Source: Vicinamibacteria bacterium
GTDB lineage: Bacteria; Acidobacteriota; Vicinamibacteria; Marinacidobacterales; Marinacidobacteraceae
Length of the DNA stretch: 64,000 nt
Reading direction: 5' to 3'
Assembly (NCBI GenBank): GCA_964291235.2
Contig: OZ219815.1
Location: 96,001-160,000 of the forward strand
Position 1 is the first letter of the stretch; each line of letters begins with the position of its first letter. A program made the position numbers and the translations under genes. Below, piece after piece: positions 19,189 through 28,951 of this stretch. Under the pieces are notes generated by a model, which worked only from the letters and a program-made list of their open reading frames with translations, was not told the origin of the DNA and ran no database searches.

Positions 19189-20403
19189 ATGAGGATAAGG
19201 CTCGCCGCCGCGCTGATCGCGCTCTTGCCGGCTGCCGCCGCCGCCCAGGACTGGCCACAGTGGCGGGGCGCGGCCCGGGACGGCGTGGCTTCCGGATTCG
19301 AAACGCCCGCCGCCTGGCCGGAGGCGCTGACCGCGGTATGGACCGTGGACGTCGGCACCGGCTACGCCACTCCGATCCTGGTGGACGGCAACCTGTGGCT
19401 GTTCGCTCGTTGGGGCCAGGAAGAGGTCCTGTATTCGATCGACCCGGAGACGGGAGAGACCCGCTGGCGTTCGGGGTACCCCGCGCCCTTCGAGATGAGC
19501 TCCGCCACCCGGCGGCACGGACCCGGCCCGAAGTCCACCCCCGCCTACGCGGACGGGCGGCTCTTCGTTCACGGGATGACCGGTTCGGTCACCGCCTTCG
19601 ACGCCACGGACGGCGAGCAGCTCTGGCACGTCCCCGGGACCGGGGTGGAGCCGCTCTACCACACCGGCACCTCGCCGCTCGCCCACGACGGGCTCGTCAT
19701 CGTCCACGTCGGAGGGCACGATGACGGAGCGCTCACCGCATTCGATGCCACTTCCGGGGAGGTCCGCTGGTCCTGGGACGGCGACGGCCCCGCCTACGGC
19801 TCCGCCATGCTGTTCGAGTTCGACGGCGTGGAGCAGGTGGTGACGTTCACGCAGGAACATTTCGTGGGGGTCTCCTTCGCCGACGGGACCCTGCTGTGGA
19901 GCCGGCCCTTCACCACCCGTTCGACCACGACCTCGCAGACGCCGGTGCTCTTCCGGGACCTGGTGATCCAAAACGGCCGCGGCAACGGGGTGACGGCGTT
20001 CCGGGTTTCCCGCGGCGGCAGCGGCTGGACGACCGAAGACGTCTGGAGCACGGCCGAGTACTCGCTCCACATGGCGAACCCGGTGGTCCGGGACGGCGTG
20101 ATGTTCGGGCTGTCGCACCTGAACAGCGGCCAGTACTTCGCTCTGGACCTCGACTCCGGAGAGGCGCTCTGGGAGAGCGCGCCGCGCCAGGCCGAAAATA
20201 CGGCCCTGGTGGGCGCCGGGGAGGTCGTGTTCTCGCTCGAGGACGATGCCGAGCTGGTGATCTTCGAGGCGAGCCGCGCGGGCCTCACCGAGATGCGGCG
20301 CTACGAGGTGGCGGACAGCGAGACCTGGGCGCAACCGGCGGTGTCCGGGGACCGCATCTACGTGAAGGACGTGTCCCGGCTGTACCGCTGGGACATCCGC
20401 TGA
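19189..20403 (+). CDS. PQQ-like beta-propeller repeat protein
   Basis: GGAGG RBS, signal peptide, QDWPQWRG, repeated A.D..TGE..W blades. Confidence 0.88.
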   Translation: MRIRLAAALIALLPAAAAAQDWPQWRGAARDGVASGFETPAAWPEALTAVWTVDVGTGYATPILVDGNLWLFARWGQEEVLYSIDPETGETRWRSGYPAPFEMSSATRRHGPGPKSTPAYADGRLFVHGMTGSVTAFDATDGEQLWHVPGTGVEPLYHTGTSPLAHDGLVIVHVGGHDDGALTAFDATSGEVRWSWDGDGPAYGSAMLFEFDGVEQVVTFTQEHFVGVSFADGTLLWSRPFTTRSTTTSQTPVLFRDLVIQNGRGNGVTAFRVSRGGSGWTTEDVWSTAEYSLHMANPVVRDGVMFGLSHLNSGQYFALDLDSGEALWESAPRQAENTALVGAGEVVFSLEDDAELVIFEASRAGLTEMRRYEVADSETWAQPAVSGDRIYVKDVSRLYRWDIR

Positions 20404-20458
20404 GGAGCGCGGTCCCAGCGCGACGGGTGTTTCCCGTGCCCGCGTGCCGCGATGCCGG

Positions 20459-21877
20459 TCAGAGGCCGGCCTGACGACGCGAGGCTTGCAGTTCCTTCTC
20501 GCGGCGGCGGGGCACTCCACCGAGGGCCGCCCGGGCGCGGCGCAGCCGCATGCGGGTCATCGCGCTCCCGAGGAGCACCATCGAACCGAACAGCGGAGTC
20601 GAAGACGCCGAACCGCTGATCGCCACGTAGAGCGGGCGGGTGAACTTCCTCAGCTTCACCCCGAGGGACTCCGATAGCGCCCGGAGCGCCTGGTGAACCG
20701 CATCCGCGGTGAACTCCGGGAGATCCTCCAACGCCCACTCGGAGAGCAGGAGCCACTCGGCGACTTCGGACTGCTCCTGGCCCCCGGCAAGAATCTCGGG
20801 CTCGGAGGGTGTCTCGTCGGTGAAGAAGAGCGACGCCAGCGGCCCGAAGTCTCCCAGGGTCCGCATCCGGGGCTGCGCCAGCCCGGCAACGGCCTCCAGG
20901 GTTTCGTCGTCGAAACGCCACTTCCGGAGAAGTCCGGCCAGCTCGGCCGGGCCGTAGTCCTCCCGCAGATAGCGGCCGTTCAGCCACGCCAGTTTTTCGG
21001 TGTCGAAGACGGCGCCCGCCAGCGACAGGGAGTCGAGTTCGAAGTGTTCGACGAACGCGTCCAGCGGGAACTTCTCCTCGCCCTCGGAACGAGTCCAGGC
21101 CAGCATCCCGAGGAAGTTGAGGAGCGCCTCCGGCAGGAAGCCCGCCTCCCGGTAGAAGTCGATCGAGGTGGGACTCTTCCGCTTACTGAGCTTGCTCCGG
21201 TTCCGATCGTTGTTCCTGAGGAGTGGCACGTGCCAGAAGGACGGCGGCTGCCAGCCGAGCGTCTCGTAGAGCAGGAGGTGCTTCGGCAGCGAAGCGATCC
21301 ATTCCTCGCCGCGGATGACGTCCGAGATTTCCATCAGGTGGTCGTCCACCACGTTGGCGAGGTGATAGGTGGGGAACCCGTCGGACTTGAGCAGCACCGG
21401 ATCGTCCACAGATTCCCAGTCCTTGGTCAGCCCCTGGCGGAGTCGGTCCGGAAGCGCAATGCGCCCGGATTCCGGGGTGCGGAGCCGGATGGCGTAGGCG
21501 CCCCCGGCATCTTCGCCGTAGTCCCGATACGCCTTCCCCTCGCCCAGGAGCCGCTCGGCCACCTTCCGGCAGGCCTCGGTCCGCTCGCTCTGCCGATAGG
21601 GGGCGAAGGGTCCTCCCACGTCGGGGCCTTCGTCCCAGGCGAGGCCGAGCCAGCGCAGGGAGCGGAGGATCGCCACCTCGGAGGCCCTGGTCGAGCGCGC
21701 CTGATCGGTGTCCTCGATCCGGAGTACGAAAGCGCCTCCGTGTTTTTTGGCGTAGGCGTAGTTGAGCAGCGCCTGGTACGCCGTCCCGACGTGCGGATCG
21801 CCGGTCGGTGAGGGCGCGATCCTGGTGCGGACCGTGGATGCGCTCAGACCGTCGCGTGTCGGTGAAAGGCGATCCAT
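20459..21877 (-). CDS. gltX: Glutamate--tRNA ligase (start uncertain)
   Basis: RIAPSPTGDPHVGT, LRIEDTD, PTYHLANVVDD, KLSKR. Confidence 0.92.
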   Translation of the reverse strand: MDRLSPTRDGLSASTVRTRIAPSPTGDPHVGTAYQALLNYAYAKKHGGAFVLRIEDTDQARSTRASEVAILRSLRWLGLAWDEGPDVGGPFAPYRQSERTEACRKVAERLLGEGKAYRDYGEDAGGAYAIRLRTPESGRIALPDRLRQGLTKDWESVDDPVLLKSDGFPTYHLANVVDDHLMEISDVIRGEEWIASLPKHLLLYETLGWQPPSFWHVPLLRNNDRNRSKLSKRKSPTSIDFYREAGFLPEALLNFLGMLAWTRSEGEEKFPLDAFVEHFELDSLSLAGAVFDTEKLAWLNGRYLREDYGPAELAGLLRKWRFDDETLEAVAGLAQPRMRTLGDFGPLASLFFTDETPSEPEILAGGQEQSEVAEWLLLSEWALEDLPEFTADAVHQALRALSESLGVKLRKFTRPLYVAISGSASSTPLFGSMVLLGSAMTRMRLRRARAALGGVPRRREKELQASRRQAGL

Positions 21878-23700
21878 TCGGCCACGATCAGAAGGAGAGC
21901 GAACAGGGCAAGTATCGGCCAGATCGCGCTCACTGCGCTCGCCGCCGGAGCCAGCGTCGCGGGCGCGTCCCCGGCCCAGGCCGACTGGTTCAGACTGGAA
22001 GCCCGCCGGTCGAGAAGGCTCGCCGCCACCACGACCTCCCGCCCGCCTCCCGCGGCGTAGTAGAGCGACGGGTCACTGGCGTCAAAGGAAATCTCCGAAC
22101 CCAGGCGGCGCGACGGGACTTCCCGGCCCTCGGCATCGAAGATGGCCCCGGCCGCCAGCGCCACCCGCGCCTGGCCCAATCCGACCCGGCGGACTTCCAC
22201 ATCGGTCAACCAGCTCAGTGCCCGGGAGAGCAACAGCGGGAAGTCGGCCTGAAGCGGCAGGTTCGACCGGGCGATCGGGAAGGCGAACGCGAGGCCGCGC
22301 AGCGGGCTCTCCCGGGCCGCCAGCAGACCGAGCCGCGCATCGCCGAGCAGGAGCTCCCAGGAGCGCTGATCGGCGAACGAGGCCGCGTCGAATGCCTCGA
22401 CGTCCCTCGCCAGCGCATCCTCGAAGTTGAGGTCGCGGAGCAGCGGATGTTCCGCCTGCCCGCGCACGACGGGGAGCATCACGGTCGTCGATTCCTCTCC
22501 CCCGAGACTGGCTGCGTCGCTCCCGAGCCGGGGGGGAAGCCACCCGGCGGTCCCGGAGCCGGCGAACAGCACCGGGACCGGGAGCATCGCGTCCGGCGGC
22601 GCTCCCTCGACGACCACCAGATCCACCGACGCGGAATCGAGATCGGCGAGCGCCTCCGAACCCGGCGGCGCCATGGACAGGCTCACCCGGGGATCGAGGC
22701 GCAGCGCGGCCTCCCAGAACGGGTTCGGCCCGCCGACGAGCAGCACGCGCAGCCGGTTCCGCGCCGGAATGTAGGCGTGCGCCACGTCATCCGCGGACAA
22801 CGCGTCTTCTCCCCCGATCCCGATTACGGCGCGTACCGGCCCCGCGACAAACCCGGTCAGCGGGACCGTTTCGCCGAGCGGGGTCCCGGCATCCACCTGG
22901 AGGGTGCGCCGGGCGGAAGCGCCTCCCGCACCGTCGATCTGAAGCACGACCACCCCCTCGCCGTCCGCTTCGGCAGGATGGCGAACGACCTCGATGAACG
23001 CTTCGAAACGGCCGGGGTCGGAGGGCAGCGGACGCACGTCAAAGGCGGTGATCCCGGCGTTCGACGCCGGCTCGAAGACGGAGAGACGCTCGACTCCGTC
23101 CGGCGCCTCCCGCACGTACACCCCGTCTCCCACGAAGATGACATCAGCACCCGGACCCGTTCCGGAAGCGGGGTCGAGCAGGTCGGCGACGTCCGGGAAA
23201 CCATGTTCCCGGCCATGCACCGGGCCGAGATCCTCAAGCGCCTCGAGCGCTTCGCGCCGGCCGATGAAGGAACGCCCGCCACGATCTCCAGCGGTGTCGA
23301 GCAGCAGGAATTCGCTCGTTTCACTGCCGCCGGCGAAGATGCGGCGTGCCTGCTCGGACCCCCGCTCCCAACGGGTGCTTCCCCCGGGAAGCGCGGCCGC
23401 CATGCTCGGTGAGGTGTCCATCACGACGACCACCCGTCCGTCCCGGGCGGCGCTGTCCGGGATCGGTTCGGACACCGCCAGGATTACGGCGAGGGCGGCC
23501 AGCAAGGCAATCACGAGCGAGATGAGCCAGCGCCAGAAGTCCTCGCGGCGCCGGCGTTCGTCGAGGACCCGCCGCCAGATGAGATTCGAGGGAACCACCA
23601 CCGGCTGAGGCTCCGGCCGGACCCAGTAGAGGACGACGACGATGGCCGCGGTCAGCAGGACGCCGAGCGCGATCAACAGCGGGGCGGCGGCGAAGCCCAT
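21844..23700 (-). CDS. BatA N-terminal plus vWA domain membrane protein
   Basis: LY...VVVPSNLIW BatA-like start, VVVMDTSPSM MIDAS, C-terminal TM helix ending in EW. Confidence 0.8.
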   Translation of the reverse strand: MGFAAAPLLIALGVLLTAAIVVVLYWVRPEPQPVVVPSNLIWRRVLDERRRREDFWRWLISLVIALLAALAVILAVSEPIPDSAARDGRVVVVMDTSPSMAAALPGGSTRWERGSEQARRIFAGGSETSEFLLLDTAGDRGGRSFIGRREALEALEDLGPVHGREHGFPDVADLLDPASGTGPGADVIFVGDGVYVREAPDGVERLSVFEPASNAGITAFDVRPLPSDPGRFEAFIEVVRHPAEADGEGVVVLQIDGAGGASARRTLQVDAGTPLGETVPLTGFVAGPVRAVIGIGGEDALSADDVAHAYIPARNRLRVLLVGGPNPFWEAALRLDPRVSLSMAPPGSEALADLDSASVDLVVVEGAPPDAMLPVPVLFAGSGTAGWLPPRLGSDAASLGGEESTTVMLPVVRGQAEHPLLRDLNFEDALARDVEAFDAASFADQRSWELLLGDARLGLLAARESPLRGLAFAFPIARSNLPLQADFPLLLSRALSWLTDVEVRRVGLGQARVALAAGAIFDAEGREVPSRRLGSEISFDASDPSLYYAAGGGREVVVAASLLDRRASSLNQSAWAGDAPATLAPAASAVSAIWPILALFALLLIVAEWIAFHRHATV

Positions 23701-23715
23701 GATTCCGCGGAACGG

Positions 23716-24603
23716 TTACCGGATGAACCGATCCGACTTGAAGATCGCCATGATGGCGTCCTCGAAGGGCTCCCCGGTGTTCGCGACACAAAACCCGAAC
23801 CCGTAGCGGGAGCAGTACTCCTCGACCTTTTCCTGGTGCTCGGTGAGGGCCTTCTGGTAGCGGTCCAGCAGCCTGGGGGTCACTCGAATGCGGCGCTCGG
23901 AACCGTCCTCGCTATCGGTCAGCAAGGCCTCGTCGGGAAGCGATGGCTGGAGCTCGTCCGGAGTCAGCAGTTGCACGACGAACATGTCGTGCTTCTGAAA
24001 GCGGCAGGCATCGAAGGCTTCCAGCAGGTCCTCTTCGTCCATGAGGTCGGAGAGGATCACGGCGAGACCGCGCTTCCGGCGCGAACCGAAAAACGTCCGG
24101 AAACAGGCGGAGAGCGACGTGGCGCCTCCCGTCACGCCCGCGTCGAGAAACCGGAAGGCGCGGAAGATCTGGTTCCGGCCCCGCTTCGGCGCCATCCATC
24201 CCTCGATCTTTGGTCCGTACCAGACGATCGAGATGAGGTCGTGGTTCATCAGGCCGATGTAGGAGAGCGCCCCGGCCATCTTGCGGGCGTAGTCGAACTT
24301 CGGGGGGCTGCCGAACGACATGGAGGTGCTGCGGTCCACGAACAGGTAGATGGGCAGGTCCGCCTCTTCGTCGAAGATGCGGAGCACCAGTTTGTCGAGA
24401 CGGAGAAACGCCTTCCAGTCCACGTCGCGGGTGTCGTCGCCGTCCACGTAGGGCCGGTAGTCGGCGAGCTCGATGCCCGACCCCCGCTTTCTGGCCCGGT
24501 GCTCGCCGCGATGCCGGCTCGGCAGCATCCGGGTGGCCATGAGCTTCAGGTACTCCAGCCGCTCCATGAAATCGGCGTCGAAAAGGGTGCCCGACTGGCT
24601 CAT
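23716..24603 (-). CDS. DUF58 family protein
   Basis: GSGIELADYRPYVDGDDTRDVDWK, VDRSTSM, ILSD. Confidence 0.92.
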   Translation of the reverse strand: MSQSGTLFDADFMERLEYLKLMATRMLPSRHRGEHRARKRGSGIELADYRPYVDGDDTRDVDWKAFLRLDKLVLRIFDEEADLPIYLFVDRSTSMSFGSPPKFDYARKMAGALSYIGLMNHDLISIVWYGPKIEGWMAPKRGRNQIFRAFRFLDAGVTGGATSLSACFRTFFGSRRKRGLAVILSDLMDEEDLLEAFDACRFQKHDMFVVQLLTPDELQPSLPDEALLTDSEDGSERRIRVTPRLLDRYQKALTEHQEKVEEYCSRYGFGFCVANTGEPFEDAIMAIFKSDRFIR

Positions 24604-24699
24604 GACCTCACCTGGCGAAGTCCCGGGCCCGGCCGAGCCGCACAGAGGTACGCCCCACAGGCGTAGCGTGTGCGGAACGGCATCACCCGGGGGCGGATG

Positions 24700-25722
24700 T
24701 CAGGCGCCCGGCGGCGCGATCGAGGCGAGGATTTCCCCAAGGATGTCGTCGGTGTCCACCTTGTCGGCTTCTCCCTCGAAGTTCAGCAACAGCCGATGGC
24801 GCAGCGTGGGAAGAACGCTCGCCCGGATGTCCTCCGCGGAGACGTGGACGCGGCCGGCGAGGAGCGCCCGGAACTTCCCGGAGAGGACGAGCGCCTGGGT
24901 GCCACGCGGGCTGGCCCCGAACTTCACGTAGCGGTTGGTGAGCGCGTGGGCGAACTTCGATCCGGGGTGCGTGCCCATGGTCAGCCGGATGGCGTAATCC
25001 TCGATGGGGCGGGCAACGGGAACCGACAGCACGGTGTCCCGCATCTCCAGAACCTCTTCCCGGGTCACAATCGGCTCCGCCTTCGGTTCCGAGACCGAGG
25101 TGGTGCGTTCGACGATTTCGCGGAGTTCCTCGTGGGAGGGATACCCGATCCGGAGCTTCATCAGGAAGCGGTCCATCTGGGCTTCGGGGAGCGGGTAGGT
25201 GCCCTCGAGCTCGATGGGGTTCTGGGTCGCCATCACGAAGAACGGTTCTTCGAGCTTGAACGTGGTGTTTCCGACGGAAACGCTCTTCTCCTGCATCGCC
25301 TCGAGAAGCGCGGACTGGGACTTGGGGGTAGCCCGGTTCACCTCGTCCGCCAGCATGAGGTTGCAGAAGATGGGCCCCGGCTGGAAGTCCAGGATCTTGG
25401 CGCCCGTTTCGGTCTCCCGGACCACGTTGGTGCCCACGATGTCGCCGGGCATCAGGTCCGGCGTGAACTGGACGCGATTGAACTTGAGGTGCATCGCCTC
25501 GGAGAGCGTCTGCACGATCTTCGTCTTCCCCAGCCCGGGAATGCCCTCGAGCAGCACGTGGCCCCGGGTGAGCAGGCAGGTGATGATCCCGCTGATTACC
25601 TCCCGATTGCCGACGATGACGCGGCCGACCTCGGCCTGGATACGGTCATGGCGATCACGGAAAGTATCGACCCGGCTCTCGATGTCGAGAGCCGGGTCGG
25701 CGAGTGCGGTTTCCGGGGTCAT
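24700..25722 (-). CDS. moxR: MoxR family AAA+ ATPase
   Basis: GHVLLEGIPGLGKT, RVQFTPDLMPGDI, LADEVNRA, ATQNPIELEGTYPLPEAQMDRF. Confidence 0.95.
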   Translation of the reverse strand: MTPETALADPALDIESRVDTFRDRHDRIQAEVGRVIVGNREVISGIITCLLTRGHVLLEGIPGLGKTKIVQTLSEAMHLKFNRVQFTPDLMPGDIVGTNVVRETETGAKILDFQPGPIFCNLMLADEVNRATPKSQSALLEAMQEKSVSVGNTTFKLEEPFFVMATQNPIELEGTYPLPEAQMDRFLMKLRIGYPSHEELREIVERTTSVSEPKAEPIVTREEVLEMRDTVLSVPVARPIEDYAIRLTMGTHPGSKFAHALTNRYVKFGASPRGTQALVLSGKFRALLAGRVHVSAEDIRASVLPTLRHRLLLNFEGEADKVDTDDILGEILASIAPPGA

Positions 25723-27278
25723 TCTTCGTTCGCTCCTTCGGCGTCGGTCTTGGCCGTCTCGCGGATCATGAGGAAGTAGGCGCGGACCAGCGGCCTGAGT
25801 CCCGTGGGGATGGGACGGGTGCGGGTAACTGTCTCGTCGGCGTACTCGGAAAGGGAATTGACGGAGTCGTAGGCGACCGTCGCGTCCTCGCGGCGGCTCT
25901 GGCGCTCGATCATCTGCTCGGGCACCGGCTCCTCCGCGAGGGGAGCCGGAATCGCCTCCATCTCGAGCTGTACCTCGAGGCTGGTGGCAGCCCCGAACAC
26001 CTCGGACTCGCCGCCCCCGCCGGGCCCGGTCATGTTCCCGGCCGGACCGGCGTCCATCGGAATGGGCGCCCCCATCTGGCCCTCGGCGGCCATCATCTGC
26101 ACCTGTCCGGAGAGTCCGGCCGCTCCCTGGGGCATGCCGGCGGCGGGTTCGCCGCCCTCACCGGCCTGCGGCTGTCCACCCTCACCCTCGCCGGGGAACG
26201 GCATCTGCTGCGCCTCTCCCTGGCCCTGGCCATTCATTGCCTGACCGTCCATCGACTGCATGTTCTCGGCAAGCTGCTCGAGCGCCTCGTCAGCACTCAA
26301 CCCGCCCTCCATCAGTTCCATCATTTCCGCCGCGGCGGCGCTCAGCGCGTCCCCTTCGGCGCCCTGTTCGAGGGATTCGAGAAGCGCCTGGAGTTCTTCC
26401 GGCGTGCTCGCCGAGCGCATCGCCTCGGAGAGGCTGTCGAGCCATTCCGAAGCGGTCAGCGAATCCGAATCCATGGCTTCCGCCAGTCCGGCCAGCGCCG
26501 CGGAAACCTCCTCGCTGGACTCCTGGAGCGCCCGCTCCTCCATGGCCGCGGTCAGCGCCGCCTGGAGGGCGTCGATGTCCTCGCCGGACTCCTCGGGCAG
26601 CCGCAATTCGCCGGCCCGCAGTTCCGCGAGGATCTCCTCGGGGGATCGGGCCTCCACCCGAGCGTCCTCCGCATCCTCGAACGCGTCCGGCCCCGCCAGC
26701 GGATCGCCTCCCTCGGGATCACCCCCCAGACTGCCCGCGAGCCCGGCGATCCGCGCGCGCAGCGCATCGGAAACCAGGGGTCCCTCCGTCAGGGGCAGGA
26801 TCACCGCCAGGACGGCCAGAGCGGCCGTGGCCACCACGCTGGAGCGGGGAACCTGGAAGGGGAGCAGTCGCCCCGCGTCCAACTCGTCAGCCCGCCGCCG
26901 GGCGCGGCCGATCTGATGAACCTCCCAGGGAGTCGGGGACGGCGACGCGGAAAACCACTGCGCCGAGGAGAGCTCATCTTTCAGTTCCCCCGCGCGATCT
27001 CCCGCGGCGGCGGCCCGGTCGAGCGCGGCGCCGGCCCGCAATCCGGAAAGGCCCCGGTAGGACAGGACGGCGACTCCCGCCACCGCCACCAGCACCGGTA
27101 GCCAGGTGATTCCGTCGCCCACCAGCCGGGGAAGGAGCAGCGCGAGAGCCACGGCCCCCGCCGCGAAGGCGAAATCGCGTACCAGTCCCAGGATGCGCAG
27201 CCGGATGTCCAACTGCCGGACAAGATCGTGGAAGGGAAGCTTCACGGAGTCGTTCAGGGAGTCATGCAAGGGGTTCAC
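25719..27278 (-). CDS. Hypothetical membrane-anchored acidic coiled-coil protein of the MoxR operon
   Basis: N-terminal TM helices, long Glu/Ala helical region, Gly/Gln-rich linker, terminal IP...VRAYF; ATGA overlap with moxR. Confidence 0.75.
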   Translation of the reverse strand: MNPLHDSLNDSVKLPFHDLVRQLDIRLRILGLVRDFAFAAGAVALALLLPRLVGDGITWLPVLVAVAGVAVLSYRGLSGLRAGAALDRAAAAGDRAGELKDELSSAQWFSASPSPTPWEVHQIGRARRRADELDAGRLLPFQVPRSSVVATAALAVLAVILPLTEGPLVSDALRARIAGLAGSLGGDPEGGDPLAGPDAFEDAEDARVEARSPEEILAELRAGELRLPEESGEDIDALQAALTAAMEERALQESSEEVSAALAGLAEAMDSDSLTASEWLDSLSEAMRSASTPEELQALLESLEQGAEGDALSAAAAEMMELMEGGLSADEALEQLAENMQSMDGQAMNGQGQGEAQQMPFPGEGEGGQPQAGEGGEPAAGMPQGAAGLSGQVQMMAAEGQMGAPIPMDAGPAGNMTGPGGGGESEVFGAATSLEVQLEMEAIPAPLAEEPVPEQMIERQSRREDATVAYDSVNSLSEYADETVTRTRPIPTGLRPLVRAYFLMIRETAKTDAEGANEE

Positions 27279-27370
27279 CCCATCCGCCGCGGTCGCGAGC
27301 GGCAGAATTTGCGGAGTTTATTCGCTCGCGATTCTCTCCCGCCACTCCGAGCCGGGAAACACCCGGCGAG

Positions 27371-28447
27371 CTACCTCCGGTCGAAGCGGACGCAATAGAC
27401 GGGAGCCAGTTCCGCGGTGACCAGTTCCCAGGAATCGCCCAGGTCTTCCGAGATCCAGAGGGCGCCGGTGGTGGTGGCCATCGCGAGCACCGCTCCGGTG
27501 GGATGGACATCGAGGCCGTGGCGATACACCACGGCGAACGAGTCTCCCTCGGGAAGCCCGCGTCCCACCGGCTCCCAGCTCTCCCCGCCGTCCCGCGTCC
27601 GGGAAACCACCATCCGGCAGTCCACCGGCACCCGGCATTCGTCCTTCACCAGGGGAACGCTCCACGCCATCCCGGGATGGTGCGGATGCGCGGCCACCGC
27701 GAACCCGAAGGAGGAAGGGGGAACCTCCAGACTGGTCCAGGTGGCGCCACCGTCGTCGGAGCGGAAGAAGCCGTTGTGATGCTGGCACCAGATGCGTCGC
27801 CGGTCGGCCTCGCACCACGAGAGCCGGTGCGGATCCTGGATGGCTGGATCATCCCGCTGTTCGGGAGGCATGTAGTCCGCGAACATGCCCGCGGTGGACA
27901 CCCGCCAGGACTCCCCGCCGTCCTCGCTGATCCAGACTCCGCCACACGAGACCCCGGCCACGATCCGCCGGCCGTCGGGCTCCACCAGAACCGAATGGAT
28001 CCCGGGGTGCGGATATCCGCCGCCGAACCACCGTTCGCGGCTCGGCTGGTTCCAAAGCGGCTGGTTCAGGGCCCAGGAACGGCCTCCGTCGTCCGAGCGG
28101 AAGAGTCCGCCCGGAATCGTTCCGCACCACAACGAACCAGCGTCCGGGCCGGCGGGTTCGAGGCACCAGAGAAGGTCCACCGAGGGAGCCGCCTCGGAGG
28201 CGGCCGCCGCTTTCGGGAACGCCGGCGCCGCAAGCTCCTCGAAGGTGGCGCCGCCGTCCTCACTACAGCGGAGCTTGACGCCGAAGTGCCCGAGGTTGAG
28301 AGCCGCGTAGAGCTTGCCGTCGCGCGGGTCGGGCAACAACTGGGACACGGGATCCCCGAGGAAGGCGGTGCGCTCGCAGCGCCAGTCACCCCTCCCGAAC
28401 CGGCGAAGGCCGAGGTACCCCTTGCGGGTGGCCAAATGCAGCAGCAT
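27371..28447 (-). CDS. BNR/Asp-box beta-propeller protein (sialidase-like)
   Basis: Multiple SxDGGxxW Asp-box repeats, WFGGG, QHHNG. Confidence 0.85.
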   Translation of the reverse strand: MLLHLATRKGYLGLRRFGRGDWRCERTAFLGDPVSQLLPDPRDGKLYAALNLGHFGVKLRCSEDGGATFEELAAPAFPKAAAASEAAPSVDLLWCLEPAGPDAGSLWCGTIPGGLFRSDDGGRSWALNQPLWNQPSRERWFGGGYPHPGIHSVLVEPDGRRIVAGVSCGGVWISEDGGESWRVSTAGMFADYMPPEQRDDPAIQDPHRLSWCEADRRRIWCQHHNGFFRSDDGGATWTSLEVPPSSFGFAVAAHPHHPGMAWSVPLVKDECRVPVDCRMVVSRTRDGGESWEPVGRGLPEGDSFAVVYRHGLDVHPTGAVLAMATTTGALWISEDLGDSWELVTAELAPVYCVRFDRR

Positions 28448-28450
28448 TGA

Positions 28451-28720
28451 CTAGCCCCCAGACAACGCCTGCATGACGTGAATCTCGGCGGTCTCGCCGA
28501 CCGGATCGCCGAGTTCGATCCGGTCCTGGAGCGGGCGGCCGTCCACGTAGATCGTCACATGGGTGCGCAGGCGGCCCTGATCGTCAAGCACGTAGGAACG
28601 AAGGCCGGGATTGACGCCGAACACCCGTGAGAGTGCTTCCGAGACGGTCTGTCCCTCAACCTCGACGCTCTCTACGACGAGGTGGCGCCGAAGGTTCGGG
28701 GTGAAGTGAACGGACGGCAC
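28451..28720 (-). CDS. MoaD/ThiS family ubiquitin-like protein
   Basis: 89 aa, YVLDDQGRLR, C-terminal ALSGG. Confidence 0.88.
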   Translation of the reverse strand: MPSVHFTPNLRRHLVVESVEVEGQTVSEALSRVFGVNPGLRSYVLDDQGRLRTHVTIYVDGRPLQDRIELGDPVGETAEIHVMQALSGG

Positions 28721-28770
28721 GGGGCGACAGCAGACGGCGAGACTGACGAACGGACGGACGGGAGTCGCTA

Positions 28771-28951
28771 GCAGCCTGTGGATAAAGTGACGTGAGCACC
28801 GAGAATGGTGAGGCGCCCGGCTGACAAGGCGCGTGAGGGAGGAATACCGAGTGTATTCCGACCGAAACGCAACGATGAGGGCCGCATGGCGGCCCGTTTC
28901 AGCCGGGATGCATCGCCGTTCGAATGCCGCGTGACTTTGTCCACAGGCTGC
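28771..28951. mobile_element. MITE, 181 bp, with terminal inverted repeats and TA flanks
   Basis: GCAGCCTGTGGATAAAGTGAC...GTGACTTTGTCCACAGGCTGC; TA on both sides (28769-70, 28952-53); no coding capacity. Confidence 0.75.

Noticed and set aside
28777-28785. DnaA box (TGTGGATAA) suggesting oriC
   Set aside because: It lies inside the MITE terminal repeat; no box cluster, AT-rich unwinding region or dnaA nearby.
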